Part shown: in pieces, positions 7,795 to 17,381 of the stretch
Layout of the letters: each line of letters begins with the position of its first letter
Numbering within the stretch: the stretch's first letter is position 1
Position numbers and translations under genes: made by a program
UHGV virus genome: UHGV-0113858
DNA length: 64,000 nucleotides
Strand: one strand, 5' to 3'
Source of the DNA: a virus
The notes under the pieces: generated by a model
Told to the model about the DNA's origin: nothing
Database searches by the model: none
What the model saw: only the letters and a program-made list of their open reading frames with translations

Positions 7795-9824
7795 CAGAAT
7801 TTAATCTTCAGGGTGCGGTTGAAAGAACCAGTAACCTTCACAACCAACTCGTTACGCTGGGTAGACGAGAAGCCCAGGCCGCTCAGTTGGTCAGTGGAGT
7901 GTTCAGCTTTGAGCTTGGAACCCAACACTTCGAACACTTTACGATGCTCATGCAGCTCGTCACGCAGATACTCATTGTAGAAGCCACGAGTATCGTCAGG
8001 GTTAATGCAACCTTCCAGCATAAAGAAGTAGTGTTTGTTACCTTTGGTCTGACCATCCCAGAAGTTAGGAGAATTCAGCACCAGAGAAACTTTCTGGAAG
8101 GTCTCGGTAGAGACGCCCCATACTTCTTTAGATTGCTTAGTATGCCCGATGCTGTCTACAATTTCAACACCTTTCGCACGAGAATACTTAAAGGTTACAA
8201 CGGTCTGGCTCTTGCTATTACCCAAAGCTTGCGGGTATGCAAAGTTGAACACTTGGCCTTTGTACTCCATCTGTACTTCGAAGCCAACGCGATCAGTCAT
8301 GCGCTTATTATAGTTGTTAACAACAACCTTGTAAACACCTTCCGTGATATTACGCTCATTTTCCCACGTAACGTTCTCAACCGGATGGTGTGCGTCTGAC
8401 TTGCCATAGGCATTCATATCCACATCCAGCGTACCCGTTGAGCGACCACGTTTGTTACCGAAGTAAATTTGACCGCCACCAGGCTCGAATACATGCAGGT
8501 CGAGGTCATCACTGTTGTACCAGGACAACGAAACACGCAGGTCACCAGTCACGCTACCGCCAGCGGCTTTCACACGCTCCTTGATGGAGTCAGTTACTTC
8601 GCCATTATACGACCAGGAGAAGCCGTTATCCCATTTGAACAGGTTAGGAGCACCTGCGTTTGCCGGGGCAACCAGGCTCATCAGGTTCGGTGTCAGACGA
8701 CCTTCAACCAGCGCTTCGATAGTGTCCGCTTTCGGCAGAACGTTATTGATGAAATCCTCAATGCTGATCTCTTCTACTTTCGACAGTGACTTCGGCGCGT
8801 TTTTGGTTGACGCTGCCAGTTGCTCGAATACGTTCATCTGGGCCTTTGCAGAACGGTCAGCAAACAACACGTTGTTGATCGTCAGGTCAGAGGTCACCGC
8901 AAAGCGACGTGCCAGAGATTCAGTCAAGCCGAGGGCTTCAACCTTCTCTTGTGCTGCCTTGATCATGCCCGGAGTTACCAGAGCTGTAGTACGCTTGTAG
9001 TTGGTCCCTGAGACTTTGTCTTCAAAGGACTTCACTGCGGCTTCAAGATCAATACCTTCTGCCAGATCGCTCATCAGTGTACCGATGACATCATTACGGA
9101 AGCGGCCCAGTTTACCCAGCGTTTCACTTTGTTTCCAGCAGAAGTTCATTCGCTGATCTTCCGGCGTTTTGTCGTATGCACGTTTCGCCTTAATAAAGGC
9201 AGCAACAATGTGCTTTTTCTCATCACCACGGTACAGAGAGCCTTGGTTGATCAGGTCCATTACCGTTTCGGCAGAGTCCATATCGATATCTTTCAGAGAA
9301 CGTGCCAGCACAGTTGCGTTGTCACGGTACTCACCCAGGGCAGAAGGGATATCTTCACCACGTTTAACCAGTTCGCGAGGCAGGGCCTGATGGAAGTGGG
9401 TCCAGGTTTTGGTTTTCCCATTTTCCAGCAGAGCTACGTTGCTCTCAGTACCAACGCGGCCTTCGAAGTGGAAGAAGCGATCGCGGATCTCGGCGCTTTC
9501 AACACGCGCTTTCATCGCATCGGCAACAACTTGGTAGTAACCACCAACTTTAACGTCCCAAATAGAGACCAGCTTGCCGTTGTGAATCGCGACTACTCGG
9601 CCCAGAGTACGGATGTAGCTCTTGCAGCAGTTACAGTCATATTCACGGCGCTCTTTATACATCAGATTGGTGCCTTCCGGGAAAGAGTCGAGGTACAGGT
9701 AGTACAGTTCATCTTTCGGTACATCGACCGTGTAAAGCGCACCCAGCGCTTGCATGACAGCGAACTGAGCTTTCAGAGCTTTTACGAAGTCAGCGTAAGG
9801 TACGGTTTCATATTTTGCGGTCAT
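7794..9824 (-). CDS. large hypothetical protein (676 aa), function not recognised
   Basis: Long uninterrupted ORF. A minus-strand promoter-like element (TTGACA-17-TAAAGT) and an AGGAGA SD lie upstream. No P-loop, ligase, RNR or NAPRTase motif was found. Confidence 0.7.
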   Translation of the reverse strand: MTAKYETVPYADFVKALKAQFAVMQALGALYTVDVPKDELYYLYLDSFPEGTNLMYKERREYDCNCCKSYIRTLGRVVAIHNGKLVSIWDVKVGGYYQVVADAMKARVESAEIRDRFFHFEGRVGTESNVALLENGKTKTWTHFHQALPRELVKRGEDIPSALGEYRDNATVLARSLKDIDMDSAETVMDLINQGSLYRGDEKKHIVAAFIKAKRAYDKTPEDQRMNFCWKQSETLGKLGRFRNDVIGTLMSDLAEGIDLEAAVKSFEDKVSGTNYKRTTALVTPGMIKAAQEKVEALGLTESLARRFAVTSDLTINNVLFADRSAKAQMNVFEQLAASTKNAPKSLSKVEEISIEDFINNVLPKADTIEALVEGRLTPNLMSLVAPANAGAPNLFKWDNGFSWSYNGEVTDSIKERVKAAGGSVTGDLRVSLSWYNSDDLDLHVFEPGGGQIYFGNKRGRSTGTLDVDMNAYGKSDAHHPVENVTWENERNITEGVYKVVVNNYNKRMTDRVGFEVQMEYKGQVFNFAYPQALGNSKSQTVVTFKYSRAKGVEIVDSIGHTKQSKEVWGVSTETFQKVSLVLNSPNFWDGQTKGNKHYFFMLEGCINPDDTRGFYNEYLRDELHEHRKVFEVLGSKLKAEHSTDQLSGLGFSSTQRNELVVKVTGSFNRTLKIKF

Positions 9825-9867
9825 TTCGTTCTCCTATTTGTGAAGTTATTTTGAAGCGAGGTCTCTC

Positions 9868-9898
9868 GTCTTCATGTGATACACTTTAATGCTATTCG
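9868..9898 (-). promoter_or_regulatory. putative sigma70 promoter for the 676-aa gene
   Basis: Minus strand: TTGACA, 17-nt spacer, TAAAGT, followed by AATAGGAGAACGAA-ATG. Confidence 0.35.
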
Positions 9899-9919
9899 AA
9901 ACAGCTGTCAACACTATTT

Positions 9920-10147
9920 TTAAATTTCTTGCAAATATTCAATCATGGTCTCGAAGCTTTTATTCTTATAGCGTCTAGAAGCCAATGACCAGCCGGGGTA
10001 CTCATTGTCGGTATCGGTAGTGTACACCATCCACTCTCCTGCAACTTTCCTGAAAAAGCTGACATAGTACGCCCAATTGCCGCCAGGAGTAGGATGTCCT
10101 GGATACATAAAATAATGGGTTGCTTCTTTAGGTTTGTTCGGAAACAT
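9920..10147 (-). CDS. hypothetical protein (75 aa)
   Basis: ORF track. Confidence 0.4.
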   Translation of the reverse strand: MFPNKPKEATHYFMYPGHPTPGGNWAYYVSFFRKVAGEWMVYTTDTDNEYPGWSLASRRYKNKSFETMIEYLQEI

Positions 10148-10155
10148 GGTCTCTC

Positions 10156-10782
10156 CTATTGTGATAGCGGCTTAGTCTTGGCTGCACGTTTTCCTTTGTT
10201 ACGCTCTTTACGAGGTATGCCTGTATATGATGACCAAGACCTCCCGGTAAAGATGTTGCTGATGGTGATCTGCTTCACACCAAACATATCGGCAATTGCC
10301 TGCTGACTCATTTTACCACGAAGTCCCAGTATCCTATCAACATCCGATTCCTTAAGGACTGCGTGTTTGCAATTATCCCCAGATCTGTTCGAATAGTCTT
10401 GTGGACTATACTCATTGTTGTATGAAGGAGTACACCACTCAAGGTTGTCAACGTGATTATTAAGCGGGTTTCCATCCTTGTGGTTGACAAGAACAACTTT
10501 GTGACCACCTTTCAGGCACTCGTCTATTAATTCTTGACCCGGAGGCGCAAGAAAGGCCTCGGCTACAAGGCGGTGTACAAACGGCATCCATCCAGGGGCT
10601 AGTGTAACCTGCCGATAACCGTGACTGTCTAATTGTCCCCACAAATGTTTTTCTGGGAAAGTCTGCATCCAAGTGGTAAATTGATTCTTTGTCAGTACCT
10701 GGTACTCTTTACGCCTTACAAAGCCATAATTACTAACTTGGTACTTCCCCTCCGTAGAGGGGATGTCCTTCCATATCTCCAT
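10156..10782 (-). CDS. HNH homing endonuclease with C-terminal HTH
   Basis: The internal start MEIWKDIPSTEGKYQVSNYGFVRR is the typical HNH_3 N-terminus, with an AAGGAG SD. HNH core NHKDGNPLNNHVDNLEWCTPSYN. C-terminal HTH QQAIADMFGVKQITISNI. Confidence 0.7.
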   Translation of the reverse strand: MEIWKDIPSTEGKYQVSNYGFVRRKEYQVLTKNQFTTWMQTFPEKHLWGQLDSHGYRQVTLAPGWMPFVHRLVAEAFLAPPGQELIDECLKGGHKVVLVNHKDGNPLNNHVDNLEWCTPSYNNEYSPQDYSNRSGDNCKHAVLKESDVDRILGLRGKMSQQAIADMFGVKQITISNIFTGRSWSSYTGIPRKERNKGKRAAKTKPLSQ

Positions 10783-10808
10783 AAAACTCCTTATAAAACA
10801 GTATGTTA

Positions 10809-11504
10809 CTAGTGGCAATCGGCCCAGGATCGCCCAGTCAGATATGCCCCTGTGATATGTACAGGACTGCCCATGATACGAGCTGCCTTCTCTACACATC
10901 TTACGACCATTTCACCTACAGGGCAATACTGGATGTGAATTTTACCATCCTCTCCAAAAATACCCTCGTAGACTGTATTGCCTTCCGCATCCTTGACTTT
11001 ATCACCATTTTCATCTTTGACGGCCTTTCTCCACTCATGCCCGTCAAATACGCGGCCTTTTGCTTCCCATTCTTTTACGAAAGCTGTTGCCTCTTCCAGG
11101 GTGTCAAACTCCCACTTCTTCAAGTATTTCTTAGGAACCTGGAGCTGGTATTCATCATGGTAGTAAATCAGGCGACGAACGTCATCATCATACCAGCCAC
11201 GTTTGATCAGTTCCCAGTGAAGCAGGATACCAACCAGATCGAATAGAGATGCACCACCGTTTTGCTGGAAAGCATTCAGAAGAGAGTGCTTAGAACGGGT
11301 CCAAATCTTACGACCATCGAGACCAGGGATATAACGTTTACCCGTTGCTTCCCAGAAGTTTTCAAGCCATTCCTTACGACCTTTCAAACCAAAGTTACTA
11401 TCCCAGAAAGCATCGATTACCGCCTGTGCCTTGTCAAGGGAAATGTGAAGCATTGCTGCAATCTTAGCTGCCTGAGCACCATACATGATCCTAATGTTCG
11501 ACAT
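10809..11504 (-). CDS. family-A DNA polymerase, C-terminal fragment (motif B YG through motif C)
   Basis: MSNIRIMYGAQAAKIAAMLHIS...IPGLDGRKIW...QQNGGASLFDL aligns to the Pol I motif B-C region. An in-frame stop lies 3 codons upstream of its ATG. Confidence 0.75.
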   Translation of the reverse strand: MSNIRIMYGAQAAKIAAMLHISLDKAQAVIDAFWDSNFGLKGRKEWLENFWEATGKRYIPGLDGRKIWTRSKHSLLNAFQQNGGASLFDLVGILLHWELIKRGWYDDDVRRLIYYHDEYQLQVPKKYLKKWEFDTLEEATAFVKEWEAKGRVFDGHEWRKAVKDENGDKVKDAEGNTVYEGIFGEDGKIHIQYCPVGEMVVRCVEKAARIMGSPVHITGAYLTGRSWADCH

Positions 11505-11620
11505 GGGACGCTACCACCATGCCCGTTCTCTTATGAACTGCTGCATGTTTCCATGCAGAGCAGACTATATCTTCACCCACTTGGGGTGTCCACCGCTTCG
11601 GGCCGCTTGGCCCTACTCCG

Positions 11621-12022
11621 TTACCGGATAGTCGTTGGGATTTTACCTCTTGCCAAATACCACTCTTCACCACTACAGTAAAGATTGTTGCAAACAGCAT
11701 GTTCTACATTAGATGCACGGCATGATAATTCTATATTTTCCCAGCAATTATTCAATGTGTTTGCATCTAGGTGGTTGACCTCTTCCTCTTCAAGAAGGTC
11801 TCTACCGACCTTTGCCGCACAAATCAACCTGTGCAACAAATAGTGTTTGCCATTTTTCAAACAGATACGCTGATAAAATTTCTTTCCCTTACCTTTGTGT
11901 AGATAGGGCTTCAACTTTCTTAGTTTTCCACGATTGCTGGAGTATATATTACCTTCGTGGTCACAAAAGTATCCGTTTGATATTGGTATTTTAGCCAAGG
12001 TACTTATCTGCTGATTGTCCAT
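11621..12022 (-). CDS. HNH endonuclease inserted inside the DNA polymerase gene
   Basis: CDHEGNIYSS...HRLICAA...VNHLDANTLNNCWENIE; strong AGGAGG SD upstream. Confidence 0.7.
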   Translation of the reverse strand: MDNQQISTLAKIPISNGYFCDHEGNIYSSNRGKLRKLKPYLHKGKGKKFYQRICLKNGKHYLLHRLICAAKVGRDLLEEEEVNHLDANTLNNCWENIELSCRASNVEHAVCNNLYCSGEEWYLARGKIPTTIR

Positions 12023-12170
12023 TTCATCCTCCTAAAAGGAGAAATCATACATAAATTTTTCAAACTGTCAAGCCCATCCTCGCGGATCACTTTGTAGTAT
12101 TTATGTCTTTAGGATTTCCCAGCAATTCAATGGATGCACCTTATAAATTACTTCATAAGGGGGCTATCAA

Positions 12171-14210
12171 TTAACCGTAGGTTACCCCTTTACCACCGTT
12201 ACGCGTTACCAGAGTACCAGAAGCTTTGGTGTATGCCTCGGCGTTTCGTGCGTGGGCATCTCCACTTTCCATGATACGGAGGTATTCACCACCATCGAAC
12301 TGATATGCACCCCATGCCGCGATCATACCTTCGAGGTTAGAACCATCGATACCGACCTGGTAATATTCATCGGTAACACCCCAGAGGCCACGCATCTCTT
12401 TACCCAATAACACCTTAGGGTCTGGTTTAGGCATGTTTGCACAGATGGTGTGCTTACAGCGCCCGGTATTGGTGATGCCGGAGAAACGAGCTGGAAGTTT
12501 TCCATCAATCGCCAAACGAGGGTGATTCAACAGCCCTGTGTCGTTTTTGTCCTCGTCAATCGGGTCGAGAACAGAGCGACGGTTACGTAATGACAGCCAC
12601 TTAACAATCTGTTTAGCCAAGTGAACATCAATAACTTCAAGGTTAGGACACAGCTTGCCAAAGTTATCCTTCAACTGTGGTGAAGTCGGCAGTTGACGAG
12701 CTTTGCGTCGGAACTTCTTGAAGATCTCCTCGTAAACACGATCAGAACCATGACGATGGTCGAACTTGTTTTCCGAGATATTGAACTTTGCGTCACTATT
12801 ATTTAAGTGCTCAAGAATCAGAGATTTATACTCGGACTCTCCAAGTTCTTCGATGTACTTACGCACCAGACCATCAACCTCCGCATCATCGCGGGTCTTT
12901 TTGAACTGGTCTTTCGTCACATCTTTAACACGCCAGAGCGTTGGTTTCCATCCCGCATCGCGGATCAGGTACTTCTTGATGTCGTCCTGGTTCGAGATCT
13001 TCATCGGAACCATCAGGTCTGGCATCTTTCCAGCACGAAGATCGGCAATTGCCTTTTCCATTAGGTCTGGTGGCAATGGGACAAGGGTATTCTCTTTCTT
13101 TATCTGGCTTCTAATGAAGTCTGGCATCGCTGCCGGGTCTTCAACACCATTCTGGATACAGTATCTTTCCCCTGCTGCACTTACATCACCGTTACCTTTA
13201 AACGCCGTCTTCGGTGGACCTTTGAATTCCAGTGCTTCACGATTAACTGGATATCCCAGCTTGTATTCTAACCAATTCCACCCGTGATGGGAAATTCTTC
13301 CTGCACCATCAAAAGGATTAGCAGGGAATTTTGGCTGTTGAGACTTCGTCATCTCTTTGAGCGGGAGTTGAGGTTCTACTTCTTCCTCAATCTCTTTCAT
13401 CATTACATCAATACGGTCTCTCAGCTTTTCAGCTTCATGCTTATTGAATGGAACACCCTGAATTTCTTGCTCAATCATCAGGTAATCAGTCAACATACGG
13501 CGGCGTAGCGCGTTCTTCCAGTTGATCTGCCGCATCCCTTCCGGTTTATCTTTGTACATGAACTGCTTGTCATCAGGCCAGCGAGCACCTGTAGATTCAT
13601 CGATCAGGGATTGCCATACTAACTCGTTGATTAAAACGTCTTCCCAGACACGATTAACGTATTCCCACAAGGGTTGGTTACGCCAGTCATCGATCTGAAC
13701 TTTCTTGTTTGCTACACGGTAGCCCCAGGCCAACAGGCCATGAGGACCTACACGATCTCGCTTCCCGGTTACCGGGTTAAGAACAGAGTCAGGGCAACCG
13801 TTAGGTAATGGACGGTCAGGATAAAGCACACGGCTCATAGAGAGGGTGTCGTAGAGATTTACCTGTGTATCCCCAATCGTCCCCATGCACTTCGGGTCTT
13901 TGAACATATCATATTCAATGCCCGATAACTTCTTCCATAGACGCAGGTCATAGCCAAAAAGGTTGTGAATCGCAATGCCGCGAGGCTCCGTTTGCAACCA
14001 AGTGTACAGCTCGTCATAAGAAAGAATCCTAAGGTTAGCCTCTGTCTTGCTACGAGCGTAAGCTACTGCGCTTTCATATTCCGGGTGGTTTGGGTCAAGG
14101 AAGAGGACCCAATTGTTAACACCAAACTCTTTCAGTAGTGTGCAGTGGTACTTTGTAACTTCATCAAGCAGCCCATCTGCTTCATTATCCCCTATAAAAA
14201 GACCTCTCAT
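12171..14210 (-). CDS. family-A DNA polymerase, N-terminal fragment (3'-5' exonuclease plus polymerase up to motif B)
   Basis: The Exo I-like FIGDNEADGL lies near the N-terminus. The fragment ends ...TRNGGKGVTYG*, just where motif B (RxxxKxxxFGxxYG) would be. The remainder is encoded at 10809..11504. Confidence 0.8.
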   Translation of the reverse strand: MRGLFIGDNEADGLLDEVTKYHCTLLKEFGVNNWVLFLDPNHPEYESAVAYARSKTEANLRILSYDELYTWLQTEPRGIAIHNLFGYDLRLWKKLSGIEYDMFKDPKCMGTIGDTQVNLYDTLSMSRVLYPDRPLPNGCPDSVLNPVTGKRDRVGPHGLLAWGYRVANKKVQIDDWRNQPLWEYVNRVWEDVLINELVWQSLIDESTGARWPDDKQFMYKDKPEGMRQINWKNALRRRMLTDYLMIEQEIQGVPFNKHEAEKLRDRIDVMMKEIEEEVEPQLPLKEMTKSQQPKFPANPFDGAGRISHHGWNWLEYKLGYPVNREALEFKGPPKTAFKGNGDVSAAGERYCIQNGVEDPAAMPDFIRSQIKKENTLVPLPPDLMEKAIADLRAGKMPDLMVPMKISNQDDIKKYLIRDAGWKPTLWRVKDVTKDQFKKTRDDAEVDGLVRKYIEELGESEYKSLILEHLNNSDAKFNISENKFDHRHGSDRVYEEIFKKFRRKARQLPTSPQLKDNFGKLCPNLEVIDVHLAKQIVKWLSLRNRRSVLDPIDEDKNDTGLLNHPRLAIDGKLPARFSGITNTGRCKHTICANMPKPDPKVLLGKEMRGLWGVTDEYYQVGIDGSNLEGMIAAWGAYQFDGGEYLRIMESGDAHARNAEAYTKASGTLVTRNGGKGVTYG

Positions 14211-14716
14211 TCATCCCTCGCAAAAGTGTTATGGTACTTGGCTCTTTCTCTTTTAGCTACATCTGCCGCTTCTTCAAGACTGTCAAAATATCCGCAGTGG
14301 ATTTGTTTTCTGTTAACACAGATCTGCACCTGCCATTTACCAGCATGTTCTTTCCAGTAGACACACTTATGGCCGGAGGTGTTAGTGACCCTTTTCCTAC
14401 TATTATGCATGTTTTGGTTTGTTGTTGCGGGTCTCAGGTTTTCTACGTGGTTATTTTGAGGATTGCAGTCTTCGTGATCCACAACATCAGGAAGCCATCC
14501 ATGATGGTACAAGAAAATCACCCTGTGAGCGAGAAATCTTCCTAACGGGGTGCTTATCTCAATGTACCCTGTGTTCATCACGCTTCCAGCTTCCTTACCG
14601 CCATACTTGGTATTGAAGGTTTTGTTGAACCTGTTTGTTGCGGGCCTTAATCTGTGGTAAAGTTTACCATCTCTGTATTCAAACAACTTCCTAACGTACT
14701 CTTGCGAGAGTGTCAT
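14207..14716 (-). CDS. HNH endonuclease with AP2-like domain
   Basis: HEDCNPQNNHVENLRPATTNQN, plus the C-terminal YFDSLEEAADVAKRERAKY AP2-like motif. Confidence 0.7.
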   Translation of the reverse strand: MTLSQEYVRKLFEYRDGKLYHRLRPATNRFNKTFNTKYGGKEAGSVMNTGYIEISTPLGRFLAHRVIFLYHHGWLPDVVDHEDCNPQNNHVENLRPATTNQNMHNSRKRVTNTSGHKCVYWKEHAGKWQVQICVNRKQIHCGYFDSLEEAADVAKRERAKYHNTFARDE

Positions 14717-14772
14717 TGTTCCTCCTATTCAAGGTGGGCTAGACTGTACCGTCGCCCACCTCTCAGTTGGTA

Positions 14773-16833
14773 TTAAATTACATAAATTGCATGTTTTGCG
14801 TATTGCAATCCTATCGGGGCGAAAGGCGTATCATCGTCAGGACCAAGAGTAGGAACGGGGGTCCTGTCAAGATCGATGGTTGGCTTATACTCAGGTGCCG
14901 GAACATTTACCTTTCCAACCGGAGTTTCCAGAGAGAGTTGATGGATCAGGCTCTGAGGACGAAGCATAACTTCACCATTAAGCTTGAACATCCCATCTTC
15001 CCATTCCCAGCCGGAAGCATCGGAGAACTGCCCGTTGTCATCCATAACCATTGTATCAGCGATACCCAGTTTTTTGTGTGGGCGGTTCTTCAGCACCACG
15101 ATACGTACACGTCCACGGGAGCGGTCAGGAAGCTCTTCTGGTTCAACACCCAGAACCACCCATGAGAGTTGTTCAAGGGCCGCAGAACCGCGCAGGTCTT
15201 CTTTACGGACCGGATACCAGAACGGTAATAGATTCCCATCTTTATCTTTCGGAAGCTGAAGTTCTTTACGCTTCATGTGACTGATTGATAAGATGAAAAC
15301 ATCGTACTTCTTACAGAAAGCTGCCAGCTCGGTCATGATGTTATCAAGGTCTCGACGTTCGTTGTCGGACTTAAGACCAGAGATTACCATTGACAGGTGA
15401 TCGAGGATGATCCATTTACAACCATCAAGGAACACCATCTGCTTAAGTTTCTGAATAAGCTGGTCTGTCGGGATAGAACCGAAGTGATCAAAGATCTTAA
15501 TCTTATCTTCCCGAATCCAGCGTTGGTGAATCTCAAGGTGTTGCTCTTCGGTTAAGAACTGCTCCGGGTCAGCAACAAATGCCTTAGGGTCCACCTTCAG
15601 CTCTTCAGCATACAAGCTGTTTACAGACTCTTCTTCATCCTCTTCCAGACGGATGATGGCTACTTTCTCACTCTCGGTCCAGCCATCTAGGCGGGGAATT
15701 GACATATCACGAAGATAATCAATGATCGCGTATTCAATCTTACGAGAGATTGTAGACTTACCACCACCAGACGGTCCTGTCAATGTCCAAAGCTCACCAG
15801 TACGGGGACCACGGGTCAGGTTATATAGGCCGGGAAGCCCTGGTAATGGAACACCATCTTTTTTCTTCTTGCGAAGATTCTCAATGGTAATATCCTTAAG
15901 ACCGATAAGCTTATCAGGGACATAGCGATCGTCTGCTTTGGTAAACATTGCATAAAGCTCGCGTACCTTACCTGCATCATACATGTCACGAATGTCTTTA
16001 AAGCCATCCGGGTCATTACGCTCGTTAGGATATCGCACAACGTAAATGTTTTCTGACAGCAGGAAGCTAGCGACATCGTCGGTTGCTTCTTTACCTTTCT
16101 TTATTTTCTTTTCTTTTTCTAATGCTGTGGCTTCGTCGTTATCAAAGCCCAAGACTACCTTCTCATAACTGCGAATGAACTTCTCGTTGTTTGCGAAAGT
16201 ATCAACAGCGTTTGCAGTACCACAGTTTAATCCAACATAGGGTAGTGTCGGAAGACCTCCAATGTCCTCGTCGTTCTGAATATGACGGATACCTTTTAAG
16301 ATGCTATCCGCCCAGTCTTTAACGCCTTTACTGGCCTTTGGACTGGTGGACATAGCCTTAACCATCTCATACGCTGCCTGCCATGCGGCGCATACGTCAC
16401 CTTCACCTTCCACGATATTGATCTGCTTACGACCAACACCCATAGAGGCTTCATGCTGCCCGAAGAACTGAGATGATGCCTTCACAGCACCAACAGTTGA
16501 AAAGTGTCCTGTCTTTTCCTTCTGTAACGTCCAATCACGTTTCTTGAATCCCGTTAGTTTCCCATACTTATCATAATAGGGCAAGTATGTTGCTACCGGG
16601 GTGATACCATCCGCCGGGGATACCGCAGAACGGATCTTAAAATACTGTGCTGCTTCAAGAGAGAGACTCATTTCGGGAACAGCCATGATGCGGGTGCCAG
16701 ACAGCACTGATTCCAGGGTCTCTTCTGCTCGATTGTTACTATAACTCAACTTGCCTCCGCGATTACTTCCAAAACCTGCTCTTGGGTTTTCATTGCCACC
16801 TTTCCTATAGGCAGAAAAGTCAAAATTACTCAT
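14773..16833 (-). CDS. bifunctional primase-helicase (T7 gp4-like: TOPRIM plus SF4 helicase)
   Basis: TOPRIM-like VVLGFDNDEA. Walker A GPSGGGKST. Motif H2-like WIILDHLSMV. Length is 686 aa. Confidence 0.8.
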   Translation of the reverse strand: MSNFDFSAYRKGGNENPRAGFGSNRGGKLSYSNNRAEETLESVLSGTRIMAVPEMSLSLEAAQYFKIRSAVSPADGITPVATYLPYYDKYGKLTGFKKRDWTLQKEKTGHFSTVGAVKASSQFFGQHEASMGVGRKQINIVEGEGDVCAAWQAAYEMVKAMSTSPKASKGVKDWADSILKGIRHIQNDEDIGGLPTLPYVGLNCGTANAVDTFANNEKFIRSYEKVVLGFDNDEATALEKEKKIKKGKEATDDVASFLLSENIYVVRYPNERNDPDGFKDIRDMYDAGKVRELYAMFTKADDRYVPDKLIGLKDITIENLRKKKKDGVPLPGLPGLYNLTRGPRTGELWTLTGPSGGGKSTISRKIEYAIIDYLRDMSIPRLDGWTESEKVAIIRLEEDEEESVNSLYAEELKVDPKAFVADPEQFLTEEQHLEIHQRWIREDKIKIFDHFGSIPTDQLIQKLKQMVFLDGCKWIILDHLSMVISGLKSDNERRDLDNIMTELAAFCKKYDVFILSISHMKRKELQLPKDKDGNLLPFWYPVRKEDLRGSAALEQLSWVVLGVEPEELPDRSRGRVRIVVLKNRPHKKLGIADTMVMDDNGQFSDASGWEWEDGMFKLNGEVMLRPQSLIHQLSLETPVGKVNVPAPEYKPTIDLDRTPVPTLGPDDDTPFAPIGLQYAKHAIYVI

Positions 16834-17381
16834 ATTCCTCCATAGCTGTCGTTACAATACTGTTTTTCCCAATCTTCCCTTTGCTTGACAGCATCGTCGA
16901 AATCTTTGAAATTTTTCATCAGCACCTTCCCATCAACAGTGATTCGTGCTCTCCACGGTTTTGTCGGATACCCTCTGTCCAATGAAACCCCTCTCCGAGA
17001 AGAATACTTGTTGGAAATATTGGCAGTCTTGCCACCACCCTTACGAGTATTCGTTCCTCTCCTTAGTAATTGGAGATTTTCAATCCTATCGTCGGCGACT
17101 CCGCTGGTCTCCCTTACAGACTTAATGTGATCAACCTGAAGGCCATTGGGGACTGGACCGTGATGGAGCATCCAGACAATGACGTGGCGATAGCATCTGT
17201 GCCCCTGATAGCGAATTGTATAATAACCTTTCCCGGATTTGCTCCCAGCTTCATTACCAGCAATAGCCGCAGGATGATTATAATTCCTTCCAGAAAAGGT
17301 ATTCACTTTCCAAAACAGCTTTCCGTCACGATACTCTAAGATTTCTCCCCAATCCGGTCCATTTCCCATTATCCCTCTCAT
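16830..17381 (-). CDS. HNH endonuclease
   Basis: VDHIKSVRETSGVADDRIENLQLLRRGTNTRK. Confidence 0.65.
   Translation of the reverse strand: MRGIMGNGPDWGEILEYRDGKLFWKVNTFSGRNYNHPAAIAGNEAGSKSGKGYYTIRYQGHRCYRHVIVWMLHHGPVPNGLQVDHIKSVRETSGVADDRIENLQLLRRGTNTRKGGGKTANISNKYSSRRGVSLDRGYPTKPWRARITVDGKVLMKNFKDFDDAVKQREDWEKQYCNDSYGGI

Noticed and set aside
7021-9854. Long plus-strand ORFs (7021..7596, 7668..8399, 8515..9000, 9129..9854) opposite the 676-aa gene.
   Set aside because: They are antisense to a long, well-supported minus-strand CDS in a uniformly minus-strand block. They have no SD and low-complexity Arg/Ser-rich translations typical of shadow ORFs.
12766-13508. Plus-strand ORFs inside the DNA polymerase N-fragment.
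   Set aside because: These are shadow ORFs antisense to a motif-supported polymerase gene.
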